A DNA stretch of 64,000 bases from an uncultured Bacteroidales bacterium (GCA_963825165.1 CAWGRY010000006.1:465086-529085), one strand, 5' to 3'. Counted from the stretch's first letter, positions 31,701-41,223 are shown. Notes: a model not told the origin generated them from the letters alone. Made by a program: numbers and translations.

Positions 31701-34700
31701 GTAACACCTGACTGGGATAACTGGCAGATCCAGTTATCAACCGGCGCCGGATTTGAGCAGCACAGCGTACCACAGAAAAAAGAAAACCTCTTTGCCGACG
31801 AGACGATTTCGGGAGATTTCAACGGGGACGGAGCAACAGACTTCATCGGAGTAACCTCAGTTGATGATACGTTATTACCCCCGGTCTTTTATATTTCAAA
31901 GAATAATGGCACTGATTTTTATACTCATAACCCCATAAATTATTCAAGCCCCAACGACAGTTCGGCATTTGGCGATTTTAACGGTGACGGACGCTATGAC
32001 TACCTGTGCACTCGTATCAATGGTTCAGATACAGTTTATTCAATTTTTGAGCAGCCCGGGAAAAACCTGGTTTTAATGGAAGAGATAAGTAACGGTCTGG
32101 GAACCTTTACAAAGCTATCTTATGAAAAGCTGTCACAAGGTTCAGCAGAAGTATATAACCGGGGCTCGGGTGCCGTCTTTCCTGTAACTGATTACCAGGG
32201 ACCATGGTCCGTGGTAAGTTCTGTAGAATCTGAAAACGGGAAGGGGACAATGAATAAGCAGATCTATCATTATAAGGGCGCCAAAATCCATCTTCAGGGC
32301 AAAGGGTTTCTGGGCTATTCTGCCACCAGTGTAAGAGATGCTGTTTCAGGCATGCTGCGGGAAACCATAGCAGAGTATGATCTGGCATATTATTACCCCA
32401 TGATAATTAAGTCTTATTCAAGGCTAACCGGAACAACTGATTCAATTGAAGTAGTTAAAAACACATGGTCTCACCTGGTTCTCGGTGGAGCGGGTTACCC
32501 GGAGCGGGTATTTCCTTACATTCAATGTTCGGTAAGCACCAACAAGCTCACCGGAGGAGCTGTCACCGGGACTTTTCAATATGATAATTATGGAAATCCT
32601 ACCTCAACAGTCAGGAGTTATTCCGGCGGCCGGACTGAGACAACTACAAATTTTTTTAACAATACAATTGCCTCAGACAAATGGTTGCTTGGCAGACCCA
32701 CCTCAACCTCAATCCTGTACACATCGGCAGGTAATCCCAATATAACCAGGTCAGCAACAAGGATATTTAAACCGGATAACAACAAACTTGAGAGTGAAAC
32801 CTGGCACTCCGGTACCAGCCAAGAGATAACAAAAGGCTTTATCTATAATCCCAACGGTTCACTAAAAAAAGAAACAGCAACCGCCGGTGGCGTGTCACGC
32901 TCGGTCAGCTACACATATAAGGCCGATAGTATTAGAATCCATTCAACTACCGATCAGCTCGCCAACACCGCGATCAATAACTATGATGTTTACGGAAGGT
33001 TGTATACCCAGCAGGACTACCTTGGAAATACTCTGACATATCTCTATGACAGTTTTGGCAGGCAGACCTCGGTGGCATCATCAGACGGAAGTCAGAGCGC
33101 CACTGTTTATTCATGGGAAGACCCTGCATCTGTTCCGCTGCTGGCACGATATTCAGTGGCTGATACTGCAAATGACGGCTCACATTCGAAAACATGGTAT
33201 GATAAGCTGGGAAGGGTAATCAGATCAGATGTCAAAGGATTTGATGGCACCATGATCTGTACTTCCACCTCTTATAACCTTAAAGGCCAGGTCGGGAGTG
33301 TTTCTGATCCGTACTTTTCAATCGAAGATCCACAGCTGAATGTATACTCTTATGACAGTTACGGCCGGCAGACTGCACTGGCGAGACCTTCCGGAAGAAA
33401 TTCCGCGTGGTCATACAGCAATAATACCGTGACAGAGATAACGGCCGGAAAATCGTTTTCTAAAACAATTGCTTCTGATGGTAATGTATCTTCAGTCACC
33501 GATCCTGGCGGAATGATTACGTATTCATATTATGCCGATGGGAAGGTGAAAAGTATTGTTGCTCCGGGCAGTATTACCACAAGCATGCAGTATGATATTG
33601 CCGGCAACCAGACAATCCTTGATGATCCGAGTGCTGACACCATTGCTTATACATATAACGGGTTTGGAGAACTTATATCACAGGTTAATCCCGGCTCAGT
33701 GACCACTTCCATAAGCTACCTGTCTGACGGAAGGATTGATCGAAAAACAACCCCTGAAGGTGTTACTTACTACAGGTATAATTCAAATAAACAACTTTCA
33801 AATATCAAATCCCCGTCAAATGTCAGCCGGTCGTTGGGATATGACTCAAAGGGCAGGGTGACAGCGGTGACAGATTCTTTGCCGGGTTCCAATCCGTTTG
33901 TTACTTCCATTACCTATGACAGCAAAGGAAGAAAGAGCACTGTCACACACCCGTCAGCCGTCACAGAGACTTACGGGTATAACCAGAACGGTTATTTATC
34001 TTCAGTAACGGCAGGTGGATCAGTGCGCTGGACAACAACTGGCATTAATGCACGGGGACAGCAGACCACGGGCACTTATGGCAGCAACCTCAATACAACA
34101 ATGGAATTTGACACTTATGGGTTCCCGACTTCAATTGTGACAGGTACAGTTCAGAATTATTCCTTTAACTTTAATCCCGTAACCGGTAACCTTGCCTGGA
34201 GACAGAATAACAAGTACACAGGATTGAGAGAGGATTTTCAATATGATGACCTTGACAGGCTCACAGATGTACTCGTGAACAGTGTCACCACCCTATCCAT
34301 GTCATATGATGGAAATACCGGAGGGATTACAGGTAAGAGTGACGCCGGGACATTCACATATGATGCATTTGATAAGCCCTATGCCATACAAAGTATTGAT
34401 CCCACAACCGGACTTGTACCTGACAGCACACAGACAACAGAGTACACTTCTTTCAATAAGGTGGAGAGTATTACAGAAAACGGGTATGAAGCCAACTTCA
34501 TTTACGGTTCAGACGATCAAAGGTCGAGGATGATCGTAAAACAGAATGGAAACACCATCCTTACCCGCTGGTACCCCACGGGCAGTTACATGAAAGAGAC
34601 CGCCGGGAGTGTCACAAAGGAATATACCTTCATCGGGGGAGATGCGTACTCAGCCCCTGCTGTAGCCATAAAACAGAACGGATCGACATCATATTATTCC

Positions 34701-35936
34701 ATTCTGAGAGATCATCTCGGGAGCATAACACATGTTGTAAATTCATCAGGTTTGGTTGTGGCTGAGTATAGTTATGATGCCTGGGGAAGAATGAGAAATC
34801 CTGCGACATGGACCAATTATGAACCCGGTTCAGAGCCGGCGCTGATGGTTGCAGGAAGAGGCTTTACCGGTCACGAGCACCTTCCCTGGATCAACACGAT
34901 CAATATGAACGGTAGACTTTATGATCCACTGACCGGGATGTTTCTGAGTCCGGATAATTATATTCAATCAGTGGAGAATTCGCAGAACTTTAACAGGTAT
35001 TCATACGGTTTGAACAATCCGTTGAAATATAGTGATCTTTCCGGGCAGCTTCTTGAACCTCTCCCCAACCCGGCAGATGCAGGTTATCCATACAATCCCG
35101 AGGCTGCCGCCTGGCTGGCTAATTACTATATGAATTGGGATTATAATTATGGTGGTGGCGGAGGTGGCGGTGGCGTAAACACTGTAACCGGATTTTGGAA
35201 TAGTCACGCTTCAACTTCAGGCATATTGGGTTACAGGTGGGAAGGAGAAAATAGAATTGACAACGCAACAGGAAAAATAGTTGGTGTCAGACAAAATGGA
35301 CATTATGAGAAAGTATTCTCACAAAATAAAGGTACTATATATGGTAATAGATTGAACAACAAAAAAGATCCGAATCTAATAGATGAGGTTATCATAGAAT
35401 ATGAATGGGTTTGGGATGTTCCCCAAGGAGGAGGGAATTATAGTTGGGGTCGCTCAAATGATGCAATAAGCCTTGCCGGACTTGCTTGGGGTACGCTTGA
35501 AAACAGTTTGTACAATGGTAACTATTGGCTCGGTATAAAAAATTTGAAGTACAATTCCATCTCATGGGGTGGAAATGGTGCTACAGGGGCAAGATCTCTT
35601 GCCCAAAGTATGGCTAAACCAGCTAAAATTCTGGGTCGATATGCATTCTATGCAAATGCCGCATATAGTTTTTATGGCGTTGGTAATGGGCTTTATACGC
35701 AAAATTATTCCAAAGCAATGTTTTCAGGTTTATCAGGAATATATAGCGCTATAGCAACTTATGGAGGTATACCTGGTTTGGTAATAGCGGGTCCAATGGT
35801 CTTGATAGATGCAACAATCGGGTTGGATAATTATTTATTGAATGCGGTTAATACTGAAATAGATCGAGGAAATAGAATTAGTAACGGGGATTACTCAATG
35901 TGGGCTTACCCTAAATTTGGGCAAGGTATGCGTTAA
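28707..35936 (+). CDS. Rhs/YD polymorphic toxin: signal peptide, BACON-like and Ig-like repeats, SpvB/TcaC-like region, FG-GAP repeats, YD shell, Rhs core, C-terminal toxin tip
   Basis: LDA|Q signal, WTGPNGF Ig repeats, G.A.YSIPL..PG..GLAP.LS.NYSS..GYGW, GDFNGDG repeats, RGFTGHEHL..NMNGRLYDP..FLSPD..NPLKYSDLSG. Confidence 0.93.
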   Translation: MKKELLLKIILVAGILVISKDLDAQIRPLGVDCPVNSISPTVLNAGSGAGQVAPTVTVSTLNSCTTYTISCSYSWISYSRNGLNVTISVQANTGPARTGYVNIGTQTLTVNQACGNLPVAPTKLNVNHNNFCAGAYGTITISAVGGSGTAMRWFTGSCGGTQIGYTDVGSLEISAPTVTTTYYARWETSCGNSACKSVTVTVKPVPTASAGNDGPKCAGSDLHFTSSGGSTYAWTGPNGFTSSLQNPAIAAATPAASGTYYVIVTSSQGCSSVASTIATVNSLPSATASSNSPVCNRGTIALSGSGGTSYLWTGPKGFSSNQQNPDILNATSDMSGAYNLTVTNANGCSAQTSVPVTVYDALTASLSVGTYAVVYNTSPGNLTVTASGATGTYTYLWYRNGISTGVTSQTYNPGSLTSNSTFYCAVTSGSCGTINTETIEITVLDTPETRTINLSLPVGTTNGSLNVDATGAAVYSIPLELLPGVNGLAPGLSVNYSSNGGAGTVGYGWNIGGISTIRRGPQTFFSDSTSRGVELDANDRFYLNGQRLVNTTGSYGDAGAIYQTENDIFTRVTPKNTDSGGPGWFRTETKSGLICEYGNTTDSKQKVGSYPQTFQWYVSKISDLHGNQINFGYTQDHNMVYPDTITYGPNLITFIYKSREDKDAWFIKGAKTEQWLLLDSIVVKYNSNVVKACKFIYSTQGSSYNTYSVLSEVVEYGTGSERLNSTVFSYQVPENIYFPHTRPTHEHDYIKNSKQFSGDFNGDGKSDLLCLPDTSMGAAWTGVKVFFSNGDGTFTSSFSSSIPVELPLLRDLRTIDLNADGIDDLLYERYSEETNYASYLFYSLCDGNSFSEPTLIESYQYQGYLGIPYNFPNRSPKNRLESDYNGDGVNDIFTYDEVGNWKIRSLANSSGELTNSINTIAFGTLSTLSGTDKIKVGDFNGDGKTDIWHIDTDVKIYTLSGSVLTSLYNSSLFSRTSYYDLGDYNGDGKTDVFIYGDNVTPDWDNWQIQLSTGAGFEQHSVPQKKENLFADETISGDFNGDGATDFIGVTSVDDTLLPPVFYISKNNGTDFYTHNPINYSSPNDSSAFGDFNGDGRYDYLCTRINGSDTVYSIFEQPGKNLVLMEEISNGLGTFTKLSYEKLSQGSAEVYNRGSGAVFPVTDYQGPWSVVSSVESENGKGTMNKQIYHYKGAKIHLQGKGFLGYSATSVRDAVSGMLRETIAEYDLAYYYPMIIKSYSRLTGTTDSIEVVKNTWSHLVLGGAGYPERVFPYIQCSVSTNKLTGGAVTGTFQYDNYGNPTSTVRSYSGGRTETTTNFFNNTIASDKWLLGRPTSTSILYTSAGNPNITRSATRIFKPDNNKLESETWHSGTSQEITKGFIYNPNGSLKKETATAGGVSRSVSYTYKADSIRIHSTTDQLANTAINNYDVYGRLYTQQDYLGNTLTYLYDSFGRQTSVASSDGSQSATVYSWEDPASVPLLARYSVADTANDGSHSKTWYDKLGRVIRSDVKGFDGTMICTSTSYNLKGQVGSVSDPYFSIEDPQLNVYSYDSYGRQTALARPSGRNSAWSYSNNTVTEITAGKSFSKTIASDGNVSSVTDPGGMITYSYYADGKVKSIVAPGSITTSMQYDIAGNQTILDDPSADTIAYTYNGFGELISQVNPGSVTTSISYLSDGRIDRKTTPEGVTYYRYNSNKQLSNIKSPSNVSRSLGYDSKGRVTAVTDSLPGSNPFVTSITYDSKGRKSTVTHPSAVTETYGYNQNGYLSSVTAGGSVRWTTTGINARGQQTTGTYGSNLNTTMEFDTYGFPTSIVTGTVQNYSFNFNPVTGNLAWRQNNKYTGLREDFQYDDLDRLTDVLVNSVTTLSMSYDGNTGGITGKSDAGTFTYDAFDKPYAIQSIDPTTGLVPDSTQTTEYTSFNKVESITENGYEANFIYGSDDQRSRMIVKQNGNTILTRWYPTGSYMKETAGSVTKEYTFIGGDAYSAPAVAIKQNGSTSYYSILRDHLGSITHVVNSSGLVVAEYSYDAWGRMRNPATWTNYEPGSEPALMVAGRGFTGHEHLPWINTINMNGRLYDPLTGMFLSPDNYIQSVENSQNFNRYSYGLNNPLKYSDLSGQLLEPLPNPADAGYPYNPEAAAWLANYYMNWDYNYGGGGGGGGVNTVTGFWNSHASTSGILGYRWEGENRIDNATGKIVGVRQNGHYEKVFSQNKGTIYGNRLNNKKDPNLIDEVIIEYEWVWDVPQGGGNYSWGRSNDAISLAGLAWGTLENSLYNGNYWLGIKNLKYNSISWGGNGATGARSLAQSMAKPAKILGRYAFYANAAYSFYGVGNGLYTQNYSKAMFSGLSGIYSAIATYGGIPGLVIAGPMVLIDATIGLDNYLLNAVNTEIDRGNRISNGDYSMWAYPKFGQGMR

Positions 35937-35947
35937 AAAATACAACT

Positions 35948-36355
35948 ATGTGGAAGTCTTATAAATATTTATATTACAAACTTTTCAAATTTTTTGTAAA
36001 AGTTAATGGAAAGAATGATATTCCTGAATATACGGCAATGTTTGCAGTTGCGACCTTATTATTCTGCAACTTGTTTGCTATACTAAATACGATAAATGTT
36101 TTTTCTCCATTTTGGGATTATCCCGAAATTTCAAGAGGGAGTTTTTTTATTTATCTTATCCCATATTCTTTGATATTTTATTTTGCTTTTGTCTTTAATA
36201 GTAGATATAAAAGGATAATTAAAGAATTTAAGAATGAGAGCGAAGACCAAAGAAAAAGAGGGAAGAGAAATGTCATTATATACATTGTAATTTCATTGCT
36301 ATTGGTAATTATTTCATTTTCTCTCATTGTAATGAAAAACGAAGGTTTAATATAA
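35948..36355 (+). CDS. putative membrane immunity protein for Rhs tip 1
   Basis: Immediately downstream of the toxin, AT-rich, three hydrophobic helices. Confidence 0.75.
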   Translation: MWKSYKYLYYKLFKFFVKVNGKNDIPEYTAMFAVATLLFCNLFAILNTINVFSPFWDYPEISRGSFFIYLIPYSLIFYFAFVFNSRYKRIIKEFKNESEDQRKRGKRNVIIYIVISLLLVIISFSLIVMKNEGLI

Positions 36356-36403
36356 ATCCTCGGCTGGTCGAAGTTTGCAACTTCGACCTGTGTAAGTAAA
36401 GCG

Positions 36404-36433
36404 AAACCCGCCTCTTCACTGGGGCGGGTTTTT
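36404..36433. terminator. intrinsic terminator between immunity gene and convergent HTH gene
   Basis: AAACCCGCC-TCTTCACTGG-GGCGGGTTT followed by T-run. Confidence 0.75.
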
Positions 36434-36439
36434 GTTGTT

Positions 36440-36803
36440 TTATAGGGTGGCTACGTTCTTCTGGAAAAAGCCTTTGAATTTTTTTAGTTAGAAACGTATC
36501 CACCATTTTAAAGACCATTCCTTTTTCATCCGGTTCAAGTTCCTGAATCATTTTGACCTGTTCCATCAGGGTTTTATCTTCCACGGTTATTTCCTGCGGT
36601 ACAGCACTATCAAAGTTTACAATCTGATCGATGGGCATCCCGAAATACCTGGCGACATTATTAAGAGCATCTACTGAAATCTCTCTCTGGCCGCTTTCTA
36701 TCTTGGAATAGCTGGAACGATGCATATTTATCAGTTCGGCAATTTGTTGCTGGTTCAGGTTGTTATCTTCTCTTATTTTCTTAATGTTTTGTCCGACGCT
36801 CAT
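36440..36803 (-). pseudogene. XRE-family HTH regulator with frameshift in an A7 run near its 3' end
   Basis: MSVGQNIKKIRE..NQQQIAELI..SYSKIESGQRE; after FLTKK the natural-looking end FKGFFQKNVATL* is in another frame, directly before the terminator. Confidence 0.7.
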
Positions 36804-36984
36804 AAATAGTCGATCCTTAAAAACGCCCATATAGTTGATAACTAATGATATAAGTTAATAATAGAATTTGACAGTTTGCTAGCTTTTCGGTAGATTCGTC
36901 CAAAACCTTGTCCGCCAGCTAGCGGAATAGGCAAAACAGACAAGTATCCGCAATTGAATGTCTTCTGTATTCCGTCGGTGATGG

Positions 36985-39906
36985 AAGGCTGACAGCATAA
37001 GAATCCATACAGCCACTGACCAGCTTGCACATACCACCATCAATAATTATGATGCTTATGGAAGGTTATATACAAGCCAGGATTACCTGGGCAACACTAT
37101 GACCCTCCTCTATGACAGCTTCGGCAGGCAGACCTCGGTGGCATCATCAGACGGAAGTCAGAGCACAATTGTTTATTCATGGGCAGATCCTGCATCTGAT
37201 CCTCTTCTGGCACGATATTCAGTGGCTGATACAGCAAATGACGGATCAGTGACGAAAACCTGGTATGATAAGCTGGGAAGGGTAATCAGATCAGATGTCA
37301 AAGGATTTGATGGTACCATGATATGTACCTCCACCTCTTATAATCTTAAAGGTCAGGTTGAAAGTGTTTCTGATCCGTACTTTTCAACCGGAGCTCCACA
37401 ACTGAATCTTTATTCTTATGACAGTTACGGCCGGCAGACTGCACTTACAACACCTTCCGGAAGAAACTCCGCGTGGTCATACAGCAATAATACCGTGACA
37501 GAGACAACGGCCGGAAAATCGTTTTCAAGAACAGTTGGTCCTGATGGTAATGTATCTTCAGCCACGGACCCTGGCGGAACCATAACTTATTCATACTTTG
37601 CCGACGGGAAGGTAAAAGATATTGTGGCACCCGGAAGCATTACAACAAGCATGCAATATGATATTGCCGGTAATCAGACAAGCCTTGCTGATCCGAGTGC
37701 GGGTACAATCTCTTATACATATAACGGGTTTGGAGAATTAACATCACAGGTTAATCCCGGCTCAGTGACCACTTCCATAAGCTACCTGTCAGACGGAAGG
37801 ATTGATCAAAAAACAACCCCTGAAGGTGTTACTTGCTACAGGTATAATTCAAATAAACAACTTGCCAACATTAAATCCCCGTCAAATGTCAGCCGGTCGT
37901 TGGGATATGACTCAAAAGGCAGGGTGACAGCGGTGACAGATACTTTGCCGGGTTCCAATCCGTTCGTTACAACCATTACCTATGACAGCAAAGGAAGAAA
38001 GAGCACTGTCACACACCCGTCAGCCGTTACAGAGACCTACGGGTATAACCAGAACGGTTATTTATCTTCTGTATCAGCAGGAGGATCGGTGCGCTGGACA
38101 ACAACGGGCATTAATGCCCGGGGACAGCTGACCACGGGCACTTATGGCAGCAACCTCAATACATCAATGGGCTTTGACTCATATGGATTCCCGACTTCAA
38201 TTGTGACAGGCACAATTCAGAATTATTCCTTTAACTTTAATCCCGTAACCGGTAACCTTGCCTGGAGACAGAATAACAAGTACACAGGATTGAGAGAGGA
38301 TTTTCAAAATGATGACCTTGACAGGCTGACAGATGTGATGAAGAACAGCGTCACCACTCTTACCATGTCTTATGATGGAAATACAGGAGGGCTAGCAGGC
38401 AAGAGTGATGCCGGGACATTTACATACGATCCCTTTGACAAACCGTATGCTTTAAAAAATATTGATCCCGCAACCGGACTTACACCTGACAGCACACAGA
38501 CAATAGGATATACTTCTTTCAATAAAGTAGAGAGTATTTCAGAAAACGGGTATGAGGCTGACTTCATTTACGGTTCAGACGATCAAAGGTCGAGGATGAT
38601 TGTGAAACAGAATGGAAATACCATTCTTACCCGCTGGTACCCCACGGGCAGTTACCTGAAAGAAACATCCGGAGGAGTCACGAAGGAGTACACCTTCATC
38701 GGGGGAGATGCATATACTGCACCTGTTGCAGCCATAACACAGGGCGGGACAACAACGTACTACAACATTCTCCGTGATCACCTTGGCAGCATCACGCATA
38801 TAGTCAGTTCATCAGGATCGGTTGTGGCCGAGTACAGTTATGATGCCTGGGGAAGGATGAGAAACCCATCGACATGGGTCAATTACGAACCCGGCTCGGA
38901 GCCTGCGCTGACGGTTGCAGGCAGAGGCTTTACGGGTCACGAGCACCTGCCATGGTTCAACATGATTAACATGAACGGGAGGTTGTATGATCCTTTGGTT
39001 GGCATGTTTCTGAGTCCGGATAATTATATTCAGGATCCAGGCTATACACAAAGCTACAACAGGTATAGTTATTGCATAAATAATCCACTTATTTTTACTG
39101 ATCCTGATGGGGAACAGACAGAGGAATGCAATAAAGAAAGTCTTTTCCATAAGCTTTTTGAGAAGGTGGGCTATTGGATTTATATGTGGGACCATTTTGG
39201 CGCCTCAGGTAATAGTGCCCCTCAGTCAGAACCGGATTTATTTGGATATTATTTCCTTTATCAAAATGGTATTTCCGTTGGTGGAGGAGAGGTGTCCGGT
39301 GGAGGAGGAATTACTTCTGGTGGAGGAGGAAATTCAAATTCAAGTCAATCTATTGTACCGGTTAAAGAGTTTAAAACTGACTATCCCCAAGGAGGTCGTA
39401 AAATGCCATTGGGAGAGGGAAGACCAACACTGTGGATTAAGGAGGGTCCAACTAATAGTAACAACTATTATGACGGATACTACCAATTGTTTATCGTAAT
39501 CTACGGTACCGAGTATGAAGAATATAATTGGACTCAAAGCAGAATTTGGACATCCAAAAATCCTTCCATGAATGATAAATGGCCAACAATTGAGGCTGTG
39601 TGTAGAGAAAACAATGGATTTTATTATTTCCGTAGTTGGGCAAAACAATTGATGAAATTTTATAAAGCAAGATTCGATGGAGATATGTATTTTGAGGATA
39701 GTCCAGATGCAAATGTTTCATTTGAAGCACAGTTGACTTTACTAGGCCGAAAGGGCAGCCGATGGGAAGCTATCCAGTCATTTTCATGGGGCTATGAATT
39801 CGTTGATGGGAAAGCCATTGGGGATAATCTTATAAAAACTATTGATTTATGGCCTGAACAACGTGAATGGGTGAACACAGCTCTTATTAAAGGTCCTATT
39901 TTTTAA
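36985..39906 (+). CDS. orphan, 5'-truncated Rhs module with alternative toxin tip (ORF caller start 37099)
   Basis: Collinear with main Rhs 32919-35045 at constant offset 4066; begins right after an in-frame TGA with no signal peptide; NPLIFTDPDG followed by an unrelated tip. Confidence 0.9.
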   Translation, partial: KADSIRIHTATDQLAHTTINNYDAYGRLYTSQDYLGNTMTLLYDSFGRQTSVASSDGSQSTIVYSWADPASDPLLARYSVADTANDGSVTKTWYDKLGRVIRSDVKGFDGTMICTSTSYNLKGQVESVSDPYFSTGAPQLNLYSYDSYGRQTALTTPSGRNSAWSYSNNTVTETTAGKSFSRTVGPDGNVSSATDPGGTITYSYFADGKVKDIVAPGSITTSMQYDIAGNQTSLADPSAGTISYTYNGFGELTSQVNPGSVTTSISYLSDGRIDQKTTPEGVTCYRYNSNKQLANIKSPSNVSRSLGYDSKGRVTAVTDTLPGSNPFVTTITYDSKGRKSTVTHPSAVTETYGYNQNGYLSSVSAGGSVRWTTTGINARGQLTTGTYGSNLNTSMGFDSYGFPTSIVTGTIQNYSFNFNPVTGNLAWRQNNKYTGLREDFQNDDLDRLTDVMKNSVTTLTMSYDGNTGGLAGKSDAGTFTYDPFDKPYALKNIDPATGLTPDSTQTIGYTSFNKVESISENGYEADFIYGSDDQRSRMIVKQNGNTILTRWYPTGSYLKETSGGVTKEYTFIGGDAYTAPVAAITQGGTTTYYNILRDHLGSITHIVSSSGSVVAEYSYDAWGRMRNPSTWVNYEPGSEPALTVAGRGFTGHEHLPWFNMINMNGRLYDPLVGMFLSPDNYIQDPGYTQSYNRYSYCINNPLIFTDPDGEQTEECNKESLFHKLFEKVGYWIYMWDHFGASGNSAPQSEPDLFGYYFLYQNGISVGGGEVSGGGGITSGGGGNSNSSQSIVPVKEFKTDYPQGGRKMPLGEGRPTLWIKEGPTNSNNYYDGYYQLFIVIYGTEYEEYNWTQSRIWTSKNPSMNDKWPTIEAVCRENNGFYYFRSWAKQLMKFYKARFDGDMYFEDSPDANVSFEAQLTLLGRKGSRWEAIQSFSWGYEFVDGKAIGDNLIKTIDLWPEQREWVNTALIKGPIF

Positions 39907-39924
39907 GAATTTAATACTAAAAAC

Positions 39925-40455
39925 ATGAGACTAGTTAAAATATTTGCAGTCATTGTCTTTTTTACTATTGCGTGCAAGAGTACAATAGGTTTTAATAAAA
40001 TAGAACAGCATCTATCATTACAAGTCATAAATAAAGGCACATATGGAGTTTCGCAATGTGATAGTGCTGGTTATATTCTTCTGGACTTAAGGCTGATGAA
40101 TAAAACAGATTCTGTCTGTGAGTTTATTGCTAAAAGTTGTACTACTATCGGTAATATCTTAACAGATAATGAACAGGTGGAATTCTGCCCAATATACTGT
40201 TCGTCTAACTCCATAATCGGTATTCAAATAGATCCTGGCCAAGCTTTTACAGTTCCAGTCATATTGAAATTTTATAATAATATTTCAGACATTGATTCTG
40301 TCAGATTTGGGATTGTTTTATTTCCACCGGAATTATTACAACACATGGATTTTAATGAAGGGCTCAATTATTTGAAAATGAATCGAACTAACATAATCTG
40401 GAGTGATCCTATAAAGTTATATGCACTGGAAGGTAAACCATATGAAGTTAGATAA
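39925..40455 (+). CDS. putative lipoprotein immunity protein for orphan tip 2
   Basis: Lipobox-like FTIAC, AT-rich, directly after the orphan toxin. Confidence 0.7.
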   Translation: MRLVKIFAVIVFFTIACKSTIGFNKIEQHLSLQVINKGTYGVSQCDSAGYILLDLRLMNKTDSVCEFIAKSCTTIGNILTDNEQVEFCPIYCSSNSIIGIQIDPGQAFTVPVILKFYNNISDIDSVRFGIVLFPPELLQHMDFNEGLNYLKMNRTNIIWSDPIKLYALEGKPYEVR

Positions 40456-40709
40456 TAGATACTTTTGTGGGTGTAATTAATTTTTTGTAAACGGTTGTGA
40501 AGTGACTTGGGTGACCAACCGGACTGGAACTGGCATTCAAGTTTGATGACCGGTTGGCTAAACGAAATAGTTTATTCTTTATCTAAACTGCTGTAATATG
40601 AATGACAATGAGTTATTTGAGATTCCGCAAAAATGTCCTGAAAAATCAATACTTGGGAAGGGAGAATTGATTCGGCTCAGCGGTTATATAGGTAGTGCAT
40701 TGACCTAAA

Positions 40710-41222
40710 AGGATAACAGATGTTTTAAAGGATAGTGAGTCCATTCTTGCCATGTCGTATGATGGAAATATAAACGGGATAACAGGTAAGAGTGATGCCG
40801 GGACATTTACATATGATGCATTTGAGAAGCCATACGCCATAAAGAGCATTGATCCCACAACCGGACTTACTCCTGACAGCACACAGACAACAGAGTACAC
40901 TTCTTTTAATAAAGTGGAGAGTATTTCAGAAAACGGGTATGAAGCTGACTTCATTTACGGTTCGGACGATCAAAGGTCGAGGATGATCGTGAAACAAAAT
41001 AGTAGCACCATACTTACCCGCTGGTACCCGACGGGCAGTTACCTGAAAGAAACCTCCGGTGGAGTCACGAAGGAGTACATCTTCATCGGGGGAGATGCAT
41101 ATACTGCAACGATTGCAGCCATAACACAGGGCGGTACAACAACGTACTACAACATTCTCCGTCGTCACCCCGGCAGCATCACCCATGTAGTCAGTTCGTC
41201 AGAACAATCAAGAAATAGATAA
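40710..41222 (+). pseudogene. Rhs fragment lacking core end and toxin tip
   Basis: RITDV...MSYDGN..GKSDAGTFTYD...ITHVVSSS matches the main Rhs; RDHLGS has decayed to RRHPGS; stops before the core. Confidence 0.85.
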
Positions 41223-41223
41223 A

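Noticed and set aside
40523-40556. CCAACCGG...CCGGTTGG inverted repeat after immunity 2 as an element end
   Set aside because: Only 8 bp with a long loop and no second copy in the window.
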